Source of the DNA: Azolla caroliniana
Taxonomy: Eukaryota; Plantae; Polypodiophyta
DNA: 64,000 nucleotides
Direction of reading: 5' to 3'
NCBI GenBank assembly: GCA_043228905.1
Contig: JBHGNT010000022.1
Location: forward strand, 4,836,001 to 4,900,000
A model generated the notes under the pieces. The model saw only the letters and a list, made by a program, of their open reading frames with translations. It was not told where the DNA came from and made no database searches. Positions 11,201-23,427 of the stretch are shown one piece after another. The translations under genes and the position numbers were made by a program. Within the stretch, counting starts at the first letter, position 1, and each line of letters starts with the position of its first letter.

Positions 11201-13517
11201 AGGTAAAGTATAATGCCGACGGTTCAGTTAACCGGTACAAGGCCCAGTTACTGGCGAAGGGATACACGTAGACCCACGGAATCGATTACGACGAGACCTT
11301 CGCTCCGGTAGCGAAGATGATGATGGTTCGTGTGGTGTTGGCGGTTGCTACGGCAAGGGGGTGGCATCTTCACCAGATGGACGTGAAGAATGCATTTCTT
11401 CAAGGCGATCTTGAAGAAGAGATCTTGTTCATCTTCCAGTCGGAGATGAACAAGTCGACGGTATGCCAGCTGAAGAAATCACTTTATGGCCTGAAGCAAG
11501 CCCCTCGAGCTTGGAATGCGAAGATCACGCACTGGTTGCGTAAGATGGGGTTTGCGGCCTCCAAGTTCGACTCTTCGTTGTTCATTCAACAAGGTCCAGA
11601 CGGTCTGTTTTGTATCTTGCTATATGTTGATGATCTAGTCATCACCGGACCCGGACTCGATGAAATCAGCCGAGTCAAGTCCTAGCTGTCGGACGCATTT
11701 GAGATGAAAGACCTGGGGGACCTTCACTATTTCCTTGGGATCGAGGTGATCCGAAACCCCCGATGACATATTGCTCTCACAAAGACACGATGTGTTGAAT
11801 ATGCTGTGCAAGTTCGGCATGACGGAATGCCGACCGATCTACACACCCCTGGACCGGAACCAGAAGCTCCGTCCCGACTCCGGACCGGCCTGCGATGAGA
11901 AGCGGTTCCGAAAAATCGTTGGAAGCCTTATATATTTGACAATCACCCGACCCGACATCAGTTATCCGGTCGGTGTGATCAGCCAATATATGCAGAAGTC
12001 GACCGTGGAGCACCTTCTGTGCGTGCATCGAATTTTGCGATATGTGAGCGGCACGAAGGACTGGGGACTGTTATATCGGCATGGTATAACTAAAGAGCTA
12101 GTCAGCTACACCGATGCCGACTGGGGTCGGCGATGCATCGGATCGCAGATCCACCTCCGGCTATATGTTTTCCGTGGGTAGCGCGGCTGTTGCATGGAGC
12201 AGCAAAAAGCAGCCAATAGTGGCCCTTTCGAGCACTGAGGCTGAATACTAGGGCTCTACCGTTGCCACCTGTAAAGCTATTTGGCTTCGGCAATTGCTAC
12301 AAGACCTGTGGATCGAGGTGCCAACCCCAATCTTGATCTACTGCGACAACATAAGCAGCATGTAGCTCACCAAGAAGTGCACTATCACTTCGTGTGTGAG
12401 CGTGTCATGAGCGGTGAAGTCGAACTTCGGTATGTTCATACGGATCGGCAAGTTGCCAACATCTTCACCAAACCGCTCGGATCGGACAAGTTGCAACACT
12501 TCACCAAAATGCTTGGTGTTCAGCATCTCGACGTGCCACACTTGAGGGGGAGAACAGAAGACACCAGATTTGGCAAAGGCAAAAAAACTGCCGATTGCGC
12601 TGGTGCGGGAAGAACTGACAAAGGGAGAGACAAGAAGGAGAAAGGAGCCGAGTCGACAAAGGAAGTTGACACATCTGAACAAGTCAGAACAAGCGGCAAC
12701 GACGACACAATCAAGAAGGACAGAGTCGATTGGAAGGAGGCCAAGACCCGGACATGGTCCGATGTGGTGAAGGGCCTGGAACCAGAAGATGAATTAGGAG
12801 CGACCGATTCGGACAGTAGCTAGAACGAATCAGAGATAGCCGATTCAGTTCAACAGACGGATTCAGAAGAACCGGATCAATTCAAGCGGCGAACTCACAG
12901 CAGCCCAGGGACCTGAATTGGGCCTGCTGAGCAGACAAGCCGACCGAGGAGGTCGAGGTCCGCAAAATCAGAAGGGTCGCGGCAAACGGAACCGGACCGG
13001 ACGAGGAGCCGGGTGGAAGGACCGACTGTCATGGAGATTGACACTACGATCCGACCTCAAGTTGAGCTTGAGGGGGAGGGAGTGTTGAGCGACAAGCTCA
13101 ACCGGATCCGGATTGGCTGAATAAACCAGAGCCGAATTGACATCCGAAAGGATGAGCCGGATCGCTGAGCCGGTGAGCAAGCGAGCCTGTGAGGTAGAGG
13201 GCCGGTTAGCCGGATCAAGTAGTAACCGGAAGTCTAGTAGCAACCTAGACTACTAGGTAGTTAATGTCTCGTAGTTAGTGTCAGACGTTCGTGTGAGCAT
13301 TGAAGTACACTATACCTCTGTCAGTCATCTTAGGACTTGTATAAATTGTGATGTTGAGCACGTTGTATGTACAAAGAGTTTTATAGAGTTGTTGAGAAGA
13401 GATTTAAGTTGTTCTGCTCTTTCTCTGTCTCTCCTACGTACCTTATGTGTGTTAATATCTCTCTCTCTCTCTCTCTCTCTTTTACTATCCGGCTAAGCCG
13501 GTTATCTACCACTTCCG
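7807..13517 (+). mobile_element. Ty1/copia A3, full-length but degenerate; LTRs 7807-8276 and 13083-13517 (3' end clipped)
   Basis: PBS TGGTATCAGAGC at 8277. Gag ATG at 8381 (MASSLPVEKLD). Protease WYIDSGAS, integrase, RT YVDD, RNase H. PPT CTTGAGGGGGAG at 13067. Similar LTR pair. Confidence 0.92.
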
Positions 13518-14508
13518 GGTAAGTGGGCCGAATGGGGAGCTAAGCAGAAATGGCCAACCGGATGATGAGCCGGCGAGTGGTGAAGTCCCGACCATGCAAT
13601 CCCTTGGCCAAAAGCCAAGGAGACGACTTATGCGCAAGGAGAAGGGGAAGATGAAGATGCCGGATTACGCCACAAAGGAATGTGCTTCGGATTGGAGTGA
13701 ATCCAAAGTGGTCTGAAGCGAAGATGGACCTCCTAAGATGAGGCCACGCCGGCCAATAGGGTCATGAAATCAACAACGTAGAAACTGCATCGATCAACCT
13801 GCCAAAATAACCCCATAGTTCGGTACAAATACAATGGCTATATGCATATATGGTGAAGGTGGCAGAGGTGTGTGAGCTGAAGAGATACGTAGAAGCGGTG
13901 AAGGACGCAAATTGGCGTGCCGCCATGGAGGAAGAGATGTGCGCATTAGTGGCAAACGTGACGTGGGACATGGTTGACACCCCCAAGGGTGTAAAGCCAA
14001 TTGGATGTTGGTGGGTATACAAAGTTAAGTACAATGCCGACGACTCCATCAACCGATACAAGGCCCGATTGGTATCCAAGGTCTATGCAAAACAACATGT
14101 CGACATTTATTACGATGAAATGTTTGCACCAGTCGCAAAGATGACGACTGTTCATGTCTTCTTAGTAGTAGTGGCAGAGAAGGAATGACACTTACAATAA
14201 ATGGACGTAAAGAATGCGTTCTTGCAAGGAAAACTTAAAGAAAAAGTGTATATGGTGCAACCTCCCAGATTTCAGTTTGGATTGAATACGTTGGTTGTTT
14301 GTTGATTGAAGAAGTCCCTCTATGGACTAAAGCAAGCCCCCCGAGCCTGGAACACAAAGATCACACAAAGATTGCATCGGATAGGCTTTCCTCCGTTGAA
14401 ATCAGACTCTTTGTTGTTCATCCAGAAGGGTTGGAATGGCCGGTAACATCCTGCTTTATGTTGATGATTTTGTCATTGCCGGCGCTGACCTAGAAGAAAT
14501 GGCCGCGT

Positions 14509-15649
14509 TGTCGTGAAGATTTTTGGCAATGGTGTGAAAATTGCGAGGAACATACAAAATCGAGTGTGGTTCTTCACACACAATATAAAACAATAATAGT
14601 AAAGATAAGATTTTAGATTAGTTTAATATCTTGGTAAGAAAATATAGATGTCATCAAGAGCTTCCGAATGCATTTTACTACATGTGAAACGAACAACTAA
14701 GTGTCAAGTTATGTGAGTGTGAAGTTTGAGAAGAAGAGGAAAACAAAACTATGAGATATCCCACATATATAGGACAACATCAAGATTCCAGAGTATATAA
14801 GTAGAGCCAGATCTGTTTATATTATATTTATGTGTTTAGAGCACATAAAGGTTGAGGGTTCTATAACTTAGACGAATGGATGCTCCAAGTTATTTAAATA
14901 GGGTTTTGGACGGCACCGGACTAGATGCGGATCGGACCGGTAAAGATGGACGAATTGATCAGGTCTGTCGGATAGGTTGATCACGATGCACAATGTCTTG
15001 AAGATTCTCGTTGTGAAACGAACAAAATCTTCTATAGGTTCCATCGGTTCATTGGAGGTCGAGTGAAGGTGTAATATGTAGTTAAAACATTTGTAAATAC
15101 AAGACTAAAGCCTTGTAAAATTTGTGTTTATGGGGTGTAAATTAAATTTGAACCTTGCACCTCCAAGATAGGAGACAAATTACTTACCACTAAAACCACT
15201 ACTAAGTGCTTTAGAATTTGTATATTTTCTTTTCATATTCAGTATTTTGTAGGAAGCAAACATATAGAAACCGTGGGCACAAAACCATGGTTCTAGCCTG
15301 AGGTTTTAGCCCATGGTTTCAGCTCGTGGTTTTAGCCCATGATTTTTGCATGGAGAGACCTATAAAAGCCTATAGTTGGGCTTGTGTAAAAGAAAGGGGA
15401 TGGAACTAAAATAAAATAAAAAACTTTTAATCAAAGATTTGAGTTATCTTAATGGTGATGTATCTCGTTTCATAAAACTAAAGTCAAGGGTTCAATCTCT
15501 ATTTGAATCTCTCTCTCTCTCTCTCTTCATCCATCTATCTATCTCCAATACTTTCTCGCTTACGCTGCCAAAAACATTGAATCCTTCCGGTCCAGGATCC
15601 CGGCGGTTCCGCCTCACAATCCGTGCGTAGTGACGGCTTTTTCACGACA
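14509..15649 (+). mobile_element. Solo LTR E2 inserted in A1 RT
   Basis: TGTCGTGAAGAT...TTCACGACA with exact 4-bp TSD GCGT. TATAAAA at 15361. Antisense tRNA-like remnant at ~15145-15200. Host RT rejoins as GRVKSQL. Confidence 0.82.
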
Positions 15650-17126
15650 GCGTGAAGTCCCAACTGGCCGCATTGTTTGAGATTTTAGGATCTTGGGGAC
15701 CTTTACTACTTCCTCGAGATCGAAGTGATCCGCACCCCCGAAGGCATACTAATCAGCCAACAACATTATGTGCTGAGTATGCTCGTCAAGTTCGAGATGG
15801 CATGTTGTAAATCCATTGCAACTCCTCTAGATAGAAACGTCAAGCTTCGCCAAAATTCGGGAATAGCATGCGGCCCGACACGGTTCCAACAAATTGTCGA
15901 AAGCCTGATATATCTGATCATCACTCATTCAGACCTCAGCTATCCAATTAGACTTATTAGTAAATGTATGTCGGAGCCGATGAACGAACATTTTAGTGCG
16001 CACAAAGCATCTTACGATATGTAAGCAACACAAAGGATTGCTATATCGGGCAGATGTAACCGAACAGGTAGTCAACTACACAGATGTCGACTGGGCCGGA
16101 AATGTCAGTCATCACAGGTCCACATCAAGGTTTACATTTTCATAGGGAAGCGCCGCGATCGCTTGGAGCAGTAAGAAGTAGCCAAGAGTTGCACTGTGAG
16201 TACCGAGGCCGAATATCAAGGAGTGGTTGTTGTGACATGCGAAGCCATATGGCTGAAAATGCTCGTGAAGGATTTGCAAGTTGAGGTGTTTGAACCAATA
16301 ATCATATACTACGACAACCTTAGCAACATTCAACATGCGAAGAACCCTGTCTTCCACGCCCGGACAAAGCACATTGAGGTGCACTGTCATGTTATCCTTG
16401 AGCGATTTCTCTCCGGTGAAGTAGAACTTGTATACGTTTCGATGAATCGGCAGGCTACCGATATCTTCACCAAACCTCTCGACCTGGGCAAGTTGCGGCA
16501 GTTTTTGAGCATGCTTGGCTTGAAGCACCTCGACATTCCGAACTTGTGGGGGAGAAATAACAAAAAGGAGAGAGATTAAGGTAGCGTAAAGGAGGGAGAT
16601 GAAGTCTGAAAAACCGAATCAGATGTGGATTTCGATTTCGGGATCATTGAAGAAGCCGAGGACGGATGTAGGGGGAGCAACGAAAAGAACGAGCTAGAGC
16701 CAACCTAAAAAGGCAAGGTAGGTGGCTGAGCCAAGAAGGGAAGAGCCACATTGAACAAGAAGGCAAGGAACAAGGCATTGGCAGATGTGGTCAAGGACCT
16801 ATAAGAAGACGAATCGGAGACAACTGATTCGGTCAAGTGGTATGATTTGAACAAGACGAATCAGATAAAGGCAAGATGCACGAGAAGGCAACCGAAGACA
16901 ATGCCAAGGCGGGAGAGCCAATGGATCGAGGGGCGCTGAAGTCGCACAGGTGAGGAGAAGGCTGACGAAGGCCTTAGCAGCAAACAAGCCGACTGCGCAG
17001 GTGGAGGAGGGACGGACAGGATGGGACATGCAGCGCGAGCAAGGCATGAGGACTTCTAGAGGAGTCATTTGCAAGGACTGGATGCACTTGACACAACAAA
17101 CCAACCTCAACTTGAGCTTGAGGCAC

Positions 17127-17677
17127 TGTGAGCGAACAAGCTCAACATGGGTCGGACCTATTGGACAAGCTGGTAGGCCAGACCAGAATCGATCTGGTTG
17201 GCTAGGCCCACTTAGGCTGATAAGCCTAAGCTTCGGATTGGGTTCCGGACCGAATGCCGGATCGCTTGAAGAAGTCAGATACCGGATGTAGATGATGGAC
17301 TGGGTGTTGGATCTGGATGACAGAGCGACTGTGGAAGCCGATCCGGAACGTCACACGTGCTGATTAGACCTATTCTAGTAAATAGGCCTAATATAGGCAG
17401 TTAGTGTTAGAGGCTCTTTTCAGAGCATTAAAGTACATGTCAGTACTTCATGACAACCCTATCAAATGGGCTTGTATATATAAAGTGCATTTGAGCTCTA
17501 TTGTTTTTACGGAGCATTTTGTTATAGAGTTATCTGTTGTCTTCTCTCACTGAGTCTCTCTCTCTCTCTCTCTCTCTCTCAACCTTACTTTGTGTTAAAA
17601 CCTAACTATTATACCTCCAGATAACCGACTATGTACTCTGTGTGTTTCATATACACTTCGACACGTATTCTTTTACA
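17127..17677 (+). repeat. 3' LTR of copia A1
   Basis: TGTGAGCGAACAAGCTCAAC...TTTTACA, with the same terminal motifs as the other family-A LTRs. Preceded by a degenerate PPT. Contains TATATAAA and a (CT)n tract. Confidence 0.75.
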
Positions 17678-18035
17678 ATCTTCAACCTCGAATTCCACTT
17701 GGTAGGTAGAGGATTCTCCCCAATATGTCACCATTAGGTAGTCCTCATCGAAAAGGAGCTTGTTCGGAAAATGTGATTGTTATCTAGACCTTTGAAGTGT
17801 TCGTTAGAATACTAGTTCTTATGTGTAGCTTGAAGCTCATTTCTTTGGATCCATTTTGATCTTCTTGATTCAATTTCATCACAATCATCTACAATCACTT
17901 CGGATGCATTTTTACCTCTTGCAATCTTATGTGAACTACCTCAATAGAAGAAGAAGACCAACATTTTTACTTCTAGCAATCTTATGAAATTCTTAGGCTA
18001 CTATTTCTTTCTCTCTCTCTTTTTTTTTTTCGTAC

Positions 18036-18100
18036 TTAGCTTACCCTAGTGGTAAGTTGTTACACTACAAGCACCGCGTCTTGGGTTCAAAACCCAATTT
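18036..18100 (+). ncRNA. tRNA-derived (SINE-head-like) sequence
   Basis: A-box-like TACCCTAGTGG at 18042. B-box GGTTCAAAACC at 18084 within a perfect T-arm TTGGG/CCCAA. Confidence 0.5.
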
Positions 18101-18159
18101 CCTCATCTCTCTATTATATACTTCATAGGTATCTCTTAATTCACTAGATGCCACTATGG

Positions 18160-18226
18160 AATGTAGGGGTTGAACCCATGACCTCCTGGTCTCCATTAAG
18201 CAACCTTACCAACTAAACTACATCCA
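18160..18226 (-). ncRNA. tRNA-derived (SINE-head-like) sequence, convergent with the previous one
   Basis: Minus strand reads TAGTTTAGTTGGTAAG (A-box)...GAGGTCATGGGTTCAACCCC (B-box). Confidence 0.55.
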
Positions 18227-18254
18227 TCTAGGTTATATGTGTGTGTGTGTGTGT

Positions 18255-18718
18255 CAACGTATAAAGGCTAAAAAGCTCAAATGCAAGCATAAGTGATATG
18301 TTTAATCATGCATTCAAACATGGTATGTTATACGATTGGACTACAAATTGGATCAAACCTTTACATAAAGGTGGAGATGTAAGTAATGTAAAGAAATATC
18401 GAACCATCATGGTTGGCTCGCTAATGGCAAAACATTTGGATGTATACTGGAATCAAAGATAAGTGCATGGGCTTAAAAAAAGGGTAAGAGCTTACGAAGC
18501 TGGCTTTAGAAAACACCATAACACCAGTGATCACCTTGTCAACCTTCGAGTATTAATGGAGGAAAGTCTCCTTAGAGGTAAAGGTTTATATTGTTGCTTC
18601 GTAGACTTCAAGAAACCTTTTGATATGGTACCTCGTGAGCATCTTTGGAGACGAATGGAAGAACTCATTGTGCCAAGTGAATATATGATTGCAATTTCCC
18701 AAATCTATGAGAAGGTTA
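18255..18718 (+). pseudogene. RTE/RTEX-like LINE reverse transcriptase, N-terminal part
   Basis: Translates to WIKPLHKGGD..YRTIMVGSLMAK, AGFRKHHNTSDH, CCFVDFKKPFDMVPREHLW: non-LTR RT motifs. Confidence 0.85.
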
Positions 18719-19442
18719 TGTTGGAAGCTGAGACTATCAATGTAGAAACAACAACATCAATATGTGATGGAGATCAACAAGTTGACATTGAGCAACTAAG
18801 CAAGATGTACATATTAACAAGTTGAAGGCAAACTAAACAGAGATCAAGATCCAAGACAAATGGTGAGAGAGAGACACAAAGGGGCACAAACAGAGAAACT
18901 GTATTATTAAAACATTACAATACAAAAAAATGGCAACAACAACCTTCTCATAAACTAGGTTACAAGCTCAGTATATATAATAACTGAACTAGGGCAACTA
19001 CCCTTTAGCCTAATTACAAAAATGTCCTAAACCTAGTTTGTCCAAGTGGGACACTATGAATACATCCATTATACCCCGTATTGAACACTCCCCCGCAATG
19101 GGCATATACAATGAAAGAATCTATAATATGAAACAAAATGATACAAATTATACAAGAGGATGTTTGGACAAAGGAGCTTATGGCCGAAAGTAGAAGCTGG
19201 ATCAGTCATGTCGATTGTGAAAGGCCAAATTTTGAGAGTGTCAAAGACGATTTTCCGAAATCATCCCCATGTCCAACTCAATCGGACTGGTATCTTCTTA
19301 CGCCCATATGGTACCGAAGTGAACGGAATCGGTTAGCCAGAAGACATTTGGTCATCCTATCTACTACATTGTGTCAGGAATAGTACTAAGACAGAGAGGG
19401 AATTAGTGCTGGAGAAGAGGATTAGTACTAAGAGGAAGGGAG

Positions 19443-19462
19443 TGTGTGGAACTCAGGAGAGA

Positions 19463-19514
<52 letters not shown>

Positions 19515-19626
19515 TGCTAACAAGAAGTATATTATATGAAGAGAAGATACAAGAAGAGCTAGGAGGCTTAAGATTGGTGTTGAACCGAATTGGTTTTGAT
19601 TAATGCTGTGTGGAACTCAGGAGAGA

Positions 19627-19680
<54 letters not shown>

Positions 19681-19772
19681 TGCTAACAAGAAGTATATTA
19701 TATGAAGAGAAGATACAAGAAGAGCTAGGAGGCTTAAGATTGGTGTTGAACCGAATTGGTTTTGATTAATGC
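19443..19772. repeat. ~165-bp tandem duplication in the G1 3' LTR, each copy with an (AG)n tract
   Basis: TGTGTGGAACTCAGG...GATTAATGC at 19443 and 19607, identical apart from the AG count. Confidence 0.95.
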
Positions 19773-22700
19773 CATGTGCCTTTATTTATAGTATTGTCAG
19801 GAGTTCTCTTGAATTTTCTAGAATGTTCTAGAGTAATTTGGAATATATATGAATTTCCTAGAGTGAAATAATAAATGAAAATAATATTTTTCATATTACA
19901 ATGCATGGTTTAATGGTAAAGGTTCAACCTTAGTTACATAATGTCATGGGTTCAAATCCTTATGTTACAATGCATGGTTTAATGGTTCTTGAAGACTTCT
20001 ATATTGACGATAGAAGTCTTCAAGAAGATCTTAACCATTCGCCAAAATTCGTCACTGCTTCCCAAGTACACTTGCTTGGACTATAGCCTTGCTAATCGAC
20101 CAAATAATAGAGCTTGTTGCAAACCATCTTGGAATCGAGGATGACAACAACCTCGTACTCAGGCCCATCTTCAAGTTCGATCTGGGGTGAAGATGGTGTA
20201 ATACGATTTGGGATAGTGCTGTCTTGATAGGGTTCTAGAAGAGAACTATGAAATACCAGATGTATCCGTATTTTGGGAGGTAAATCAAGGTGAAAAGTGA
20301 CATCATTAATTTTCCGTTAATACGGAAAGGGCCTAACCGTCAATAATCCAGTTTGTCACACGGTCGACTAGTCTTGATGTGTTGTCATAATAGCCATACT
20401 CAATCTCCAATATCAAAAGAGGATGGAAGCCGATGGCGATCCACATAGTCCTGTGTTTGCTGGGTGCGATGTAGATGGATAGATAGTTCCACCTGAATTC
20501 ATCGTAGCCACTCCAAATGATCCTCTGCACAAGGATTTTTGGGTAACTCAGGAGTTTCTAACACACAACAATGAGGACGATAGCCAATATAAGCGTAGAA
20601 TGGTGTAACCCCAATAGAGGAGTGGATAGAATTATTATAAGCAAATTCAGCAATGTGTAGAATATCTGACCAATCATTGGTACGTTCTGCTTGTCCATCT
20701 GTTTGGGGATGATAGCCGGAGGAGAGATTGCAAGTGACCTTGAGCATTTTGAAGAGATGCTGCCAAAATTTAGAGACGAATTGAGGTCCATGATCACTGA
20801 TGATATTGTCGGGAACACCATGATGTTGAAATACTTCACGCATAACAATTGCTGCGGTTTCTTCACTAATAATTTATTTAGTACGGGACACGAAATGTGC
20901 CATCTTAGTATATTGATCTACCACTATTAAGAGCACATTGAAGCCCTTCGAATCCAAAAGATCTGTAATAAAATCTAGAGAAATAGATTGCCACATTTTG
21001 CTGATCAGTAACGGCTCCAACAAACCATATGTATCACATGTTCGAACATAGTCTTCAACAAATCTTCGCATATGGGGCCACCAAAATGATCGTTGTACTA
21101 AATCCAACATTTTAGTATTACCTAAATGTCTGGGTGTGTATGTGTCATGAAAATTTTGTACTATTCGAAGGCGACAAGAATCATTGGGAACATACAAAAG
21201 TTTTTTAAAGAAGAGTAAACCATCATGACATTTGAATTGTCGATAATCCGTACCTGGTTGTTGTGACTGTGAACAAGATACTCGAGAGGAATCGACTTGA
21301 TCTAGAATAGCTTGAGCAAAAAAATTTGTCTTCAAATCTTCATGTATGGTATTGATAATGTGGGAATCAAATGGAGTGTCAAAAACCCACGTTGCTTGAA
21401 GTTGTGATGGACACAAGATTACTTGCTTTTGATTGTCAAAGGCTGGATCACTAGGACAAGGAGCTATATACGAGCATCATGATAATGCATGTGCCTTCCC
21501 TTGTTGCTTGTCCGAACGATAATCTTGAAGTTGAAACGAGTGAGGAACTGAGCCCACTGAGCTTGTCATTTATTTAACATGCGAGCATTATCGAAGTAGG
21601 CAAGATTCTTGTGATTAATAAATACAATGACTTGATGAGGAGATCCTTCTAGAAAATGCCTCCATTGTGCAAAACAGTCCACCATTTGTTGAATGCGGGT
21701 CAATGAATGTATTCATATTGTCTCCCTTTCTACACACTAGGGTTAGGCTATTTATGTAAATAGTGAGAAGGGCAGTTGCCCTAAGTAGTCATCATATAAA
21801 CTGACTTTGTAACCTAGCTTTTGGTTGTTGCAATTATAGTTCATCTTGCATTCTTGTTGATATTCCTTCTATTCTGTTTGTAGTTGCCATCAATGTTCTT
21901 CATTGCATTTATCAATGATCTCCTCACAGAAGAGTGTTGAGATTGTTCTGCACCTAGAAGGCCGTGTTCTCAACACTATTGCTAATAGCTCCTTGTCATG
22001 TATTGAAAAGAATTGCGTGCGGAAGCAATATAGGAAATAGAACAACAGAAAACGCAGGTTTAATGGAAAGCTTAGGTTTGCATAGTACACATGGGAGAGA
22101 TAGAGAGAGAGTAAAACACTAGAGCTTAATTCAAAAATAATACTCGATCTGTACATACGTCGTGCTCAGTGAGCACCTTTTATACAAGCCTTGACAATGG
22201 GCTAACACAAGTACTGACAATACTTGACTGCTCATAAGTGAGCATTGACACTCACTTCCAAAATTATTCCTTTACGAGGAATATCTCTCTAACGGCCTTT
22301 CGGTTTACACACCGATACGGCCTTCCTACGCACCGGTCTGCGTACTGGTTTACGCATCCGTTTTACGCACCAGTCCGGCCTAACCGATCAGTCCCAACTG
22401 ATCCGGTCCTCAGCTTGCTCAGCCGATCTGGCCGCTGTTGAGCTTGTCTCTCAACACTCCCCCTCAAGCTCAACTTGAGGCTCTTCCGGATCTTTCGGAT
22501 CACCGCTCCGGTTCCTCCTAGCTCCACGCCTCGCTCGCGCTCCTCGGCCTGTTCGACTCCGCACGCTTCGACCCTTCCGGTCGGCTTGTCTGCTCCCACG
22601 GCCCTTCAGAGCTCCCTTGCTGTCACGGTGTTGGCGCTTCTCCTGCTGCCTTCTTTTCCGCTTGGCCCTCAGTTGATTCAGTGTATCCGAATCAAACATT

Positions 22701-23427
22701 CGAGCCGACTCGACTACCTCCGATCGGTTTTCGCTCTCGTCTGAGTTGGTTGTCTCCAACTCGTCTTCGGTCTTCTCACCCTGGACAACGTCATCCCCCC
22801 CATGCTTGGTTGGCTCCAGCTCTTTCTTTCGGTTGCTCCATGTCCGCTCTTCCGCTCGTTCGCCCTCAGCTTCTTCAGCCGATCCGGAATCGAATTCGTC
22901 ATCTGACTTGGTGTCACGGTCTTTTCCGCTCCTTTCCTAGTCCCTTCCGTGGTCATTCGGGACGTCTCTCCCCCTCAAGTTCGGCATGTCGAGGTGACGC
23001 AACCCAAGCGCACCCGATGTCAGGAATAGTACTAAAACAGAGATGGAATTAGTACTAAAGAAGAGCAGTACTATTAGTACTAAGAGGACGGGACTGCGTA
23101 AGACTCCCGAGAGAGGAAGTGAGAAGAGGAGAGAGAGAGATAGCGAGAATGAGAGAGAGAGAAAAATGATGACAGCAGCTAATATATTATGTGAAAGACA
23201 AGTACAAAGCGGATAAGAGGCTTAAGACTGGCGTTTAACCAATTTGGTTCAACATAATGCCTAGTGCCTTCTTTTATAGTGTTGTCAGGAGTAATCCTGA
23301 AACTTCTAGAATGTTCCAGAGAAATCTGGAATATACATTACTTTAAAACATAAATGAAAATAATATCCTATGAATTACAATAGATGGTGTGATGGTTAAG
23401 AGCTCGACCCATATACCATAAGGTCAT

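Larger units (their letters stand above)
1206..17677 (+). mobile_element. Degenerate Ty1/copia A1 (host of B1, A3, E2); own sequence at 1206-3350, 7797-7806, 13518-14508, 15650-17677
   Basis: Gag (DAWENLKRIF), integrase (KVDAKAKKCILVGYS), RT (VYKVKYNAD, FAPVAKMTTV) and RNase H (KNPVFHARTKHIEVH) remnants are colinear across the insertions, with many stops and frameshifts. Confidence 0.88.

Noticed and set aside
19464-19510. (AG)n/(CT)n tracts here and in most LTRs, and their ERERER ORFs
   Set aside because: Ordinary LTR R/U5 microsatellites. The translations are spurious.
22300-22375. TACGCACC repeats and small hairpin in A2 LTRs
   Set aside because: Short degenerate U3 repeats common in LTRs. 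No further support for a distinct function.
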